Below the pieces are notes generated by a model. The model was not told the DNA's origin, did not search any database, and was given only the letters and a program-made list of their open reading frames with translations. A DNA stretch of 63,764 bases, counting the filler, from Octopus bimaculoides (Eukaryota), in NCBI RefSeq assembly GCF_001194135.2. It is 6 parts of 6 records of this genome, joined end to end, with 100 filler letters (N's around TTAATTAATTAA, not from the genome) between each part and the next. Parts side by side here need not be neighbours in the genome. Positions count along the whole stretch, not along the records: positions 62,483 to 63,764 come from NC_069000.1; 5 more parts are not named here. The stretch is one strand, 5' to 3'. This document shows positions 62,483 through 63,764 of this stretch, one piece after another. Every line of letters begins with the position of its first letter. The stretch's first letter is position 1. A program made the translations under genes and the position numbers.

Positions 62483-63124
62483 ATTGGAACTTGAAGATAT
62501 GAAGTGATGATCTTTGAAAAGAAGGAATGGCGAGTGGTGAAGAATTTAATGATATTGGACTGGCAGTTAAAGGGTTAATTACTGGTATATAGTTATACGA
62601 AGTTTCAAGGATTTTATAGGAAGTTTTTATGTCTTGGTTTCTTTAACATTGATTTAGAGAACACAGAGTGAAATGACTTAATGAAAGACATTGGCCTGCT
62701 ATAATACTAATGAGTAGTAGTAGTAGTAGTAGCAGTAGTAGTAGTAGTAATAGTAGCAGTAGTAGTCGTAGTAGTAGCAGTAGTGATGGTGGTGGTGGTG
62801 ATGGTGATGGTAGTTGTAGTTGTGGTGGTGGTAGAAGTGAAGCAGTCGTACTAATAGTTGTTGCTGGTGTTATTGTAGGTAAAGTATTTGATCCGTAGTT
62901 ATTGCTTTAGCTCCAAGTCAGCGCTGACTGTGTAGACCTGCAAGAGGAAATCAGTTGTGATCATCCTATCTTTCTTGCTTCTCTTTTGTATATGTTGGGC
63001 TACATAATTGAGTGTGAACTTACTTTTTAAGATTTGACTGCTATTACTAACAATTCAAATGACCACAGTAATGGAGTTGTTGTAGTGGTCATATAATTAT
63101 TCTTGAACTCCCTCATGTGCCAAG

Positions 63125-63764
63125 GGGGATCCCTAGAAGTAGTAGACAATTTCCATTACTGAGGTGACCAAGTGAATAGCTGGGGTGGTTGTTCCGAAAG
63201 TATAGCTGCTAGAATAGGAATAGGCTGGGCGAAGTTCAGAGAGCAACCACCTCTGATAGTAACAAAGGGCCTCTCCCTCAGAGTGAAAGGCAAATTGTAC
63301 AATCCCTGACCTGGTGGTACTACAAGAACGCTTTACCTGTTCGCTATAAGTTATCCAGGCACGGAATGTCAGTACCAACGGCATATCCAAGATGTGGGAT
63401 GGATGATGAAACTGTCCAGCACACTTTTGTACAGTGCTGGAAGCTTTCAGGCTTGATAATTTACGTTGAACACATGTTGTCACACCTAGGCAGAGTACAG
63501 CTATCAGCTGAGTTTATAAAGATTGTGTCGCCAACCGGATTCTGAAAGGAAGGTGAGGCATGTTTTCTCTGTTCAGTTGCAGTGTTGAAAGAGTGTGTGT
63601 GGATTGCAAGGACTTGTACCAGGATCCTTCATCTCTGGCCCTGGTTTGCTGACATACTTCAGATATCATCTGAAGAGCAAGATAGGGCTGGAGAGGAGAT
63701 GCCTGTCGCGAGGTGTGTTCGAGAAAAATGGAAAGCTGTGGTAAGAAAGGTGGGTTCAAGTGAT
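63125..63764 (+). mobile_element. Decayed RTE-clade LINE fragment
   Basis: SLEVVDNFHY.GDQV...CSESIAARIGIGWAKFRE..PLIVTKGLSLRVKGKLY (RT thumb region of RTE). More degenerate downstream. Confidence 0.75.

Overview
AT-rich, microsatellite-saturated metazoan DNA with many N gaps. The repeat landscape suggests a coleoid cephalopod, probably Octopus (inference). Well-supported genes: (1) an intact-looking 5S rRNA copy (189-307, minus); (2) DCUN1D3/DCNL3, whose complete 305-aa CDS sits in one exon (42244-43161, minus); (3) two plus-strand coding exons of a GAP1-family RasGAP of the RASAL1/RASA4 type (58205-58269, 58904-59013) that the ORF track does not reveal as such. Several weaker orphan-exon candidates lie in unique islands (3.6-5.2 kb, 30-31.6 kb, 37.6 kb). 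The rest is mobile DNA: four recurrent tRNA-derived SINE families (my labels A-D), CR1, RTE, R4/Dong and Penelope retroelement fragments, a decayed mariner, and hAT, mariner and piggyBac-like MITEs. Best candidate for something undescribed: a composite at 65-307 made of 5S rRNA, a SINE head and a CR1 3' tail, possibly a 5S-driven chimeric retroposon. SINE/LINE partner tails are directly visible in the window, and a Dong-like element has inserted into the (TAA)n tail of a SINE. Five N44-TTAATTAATTAA-N44 blocks are artificial contig joins, so gene order across them is uncertain. Almost all other ORF-track entries are microsatellite or N-gap artefacts. No CRISPR or prokaryotic-type system is present. 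No database searches were run; family assignments rest on motif recognition.
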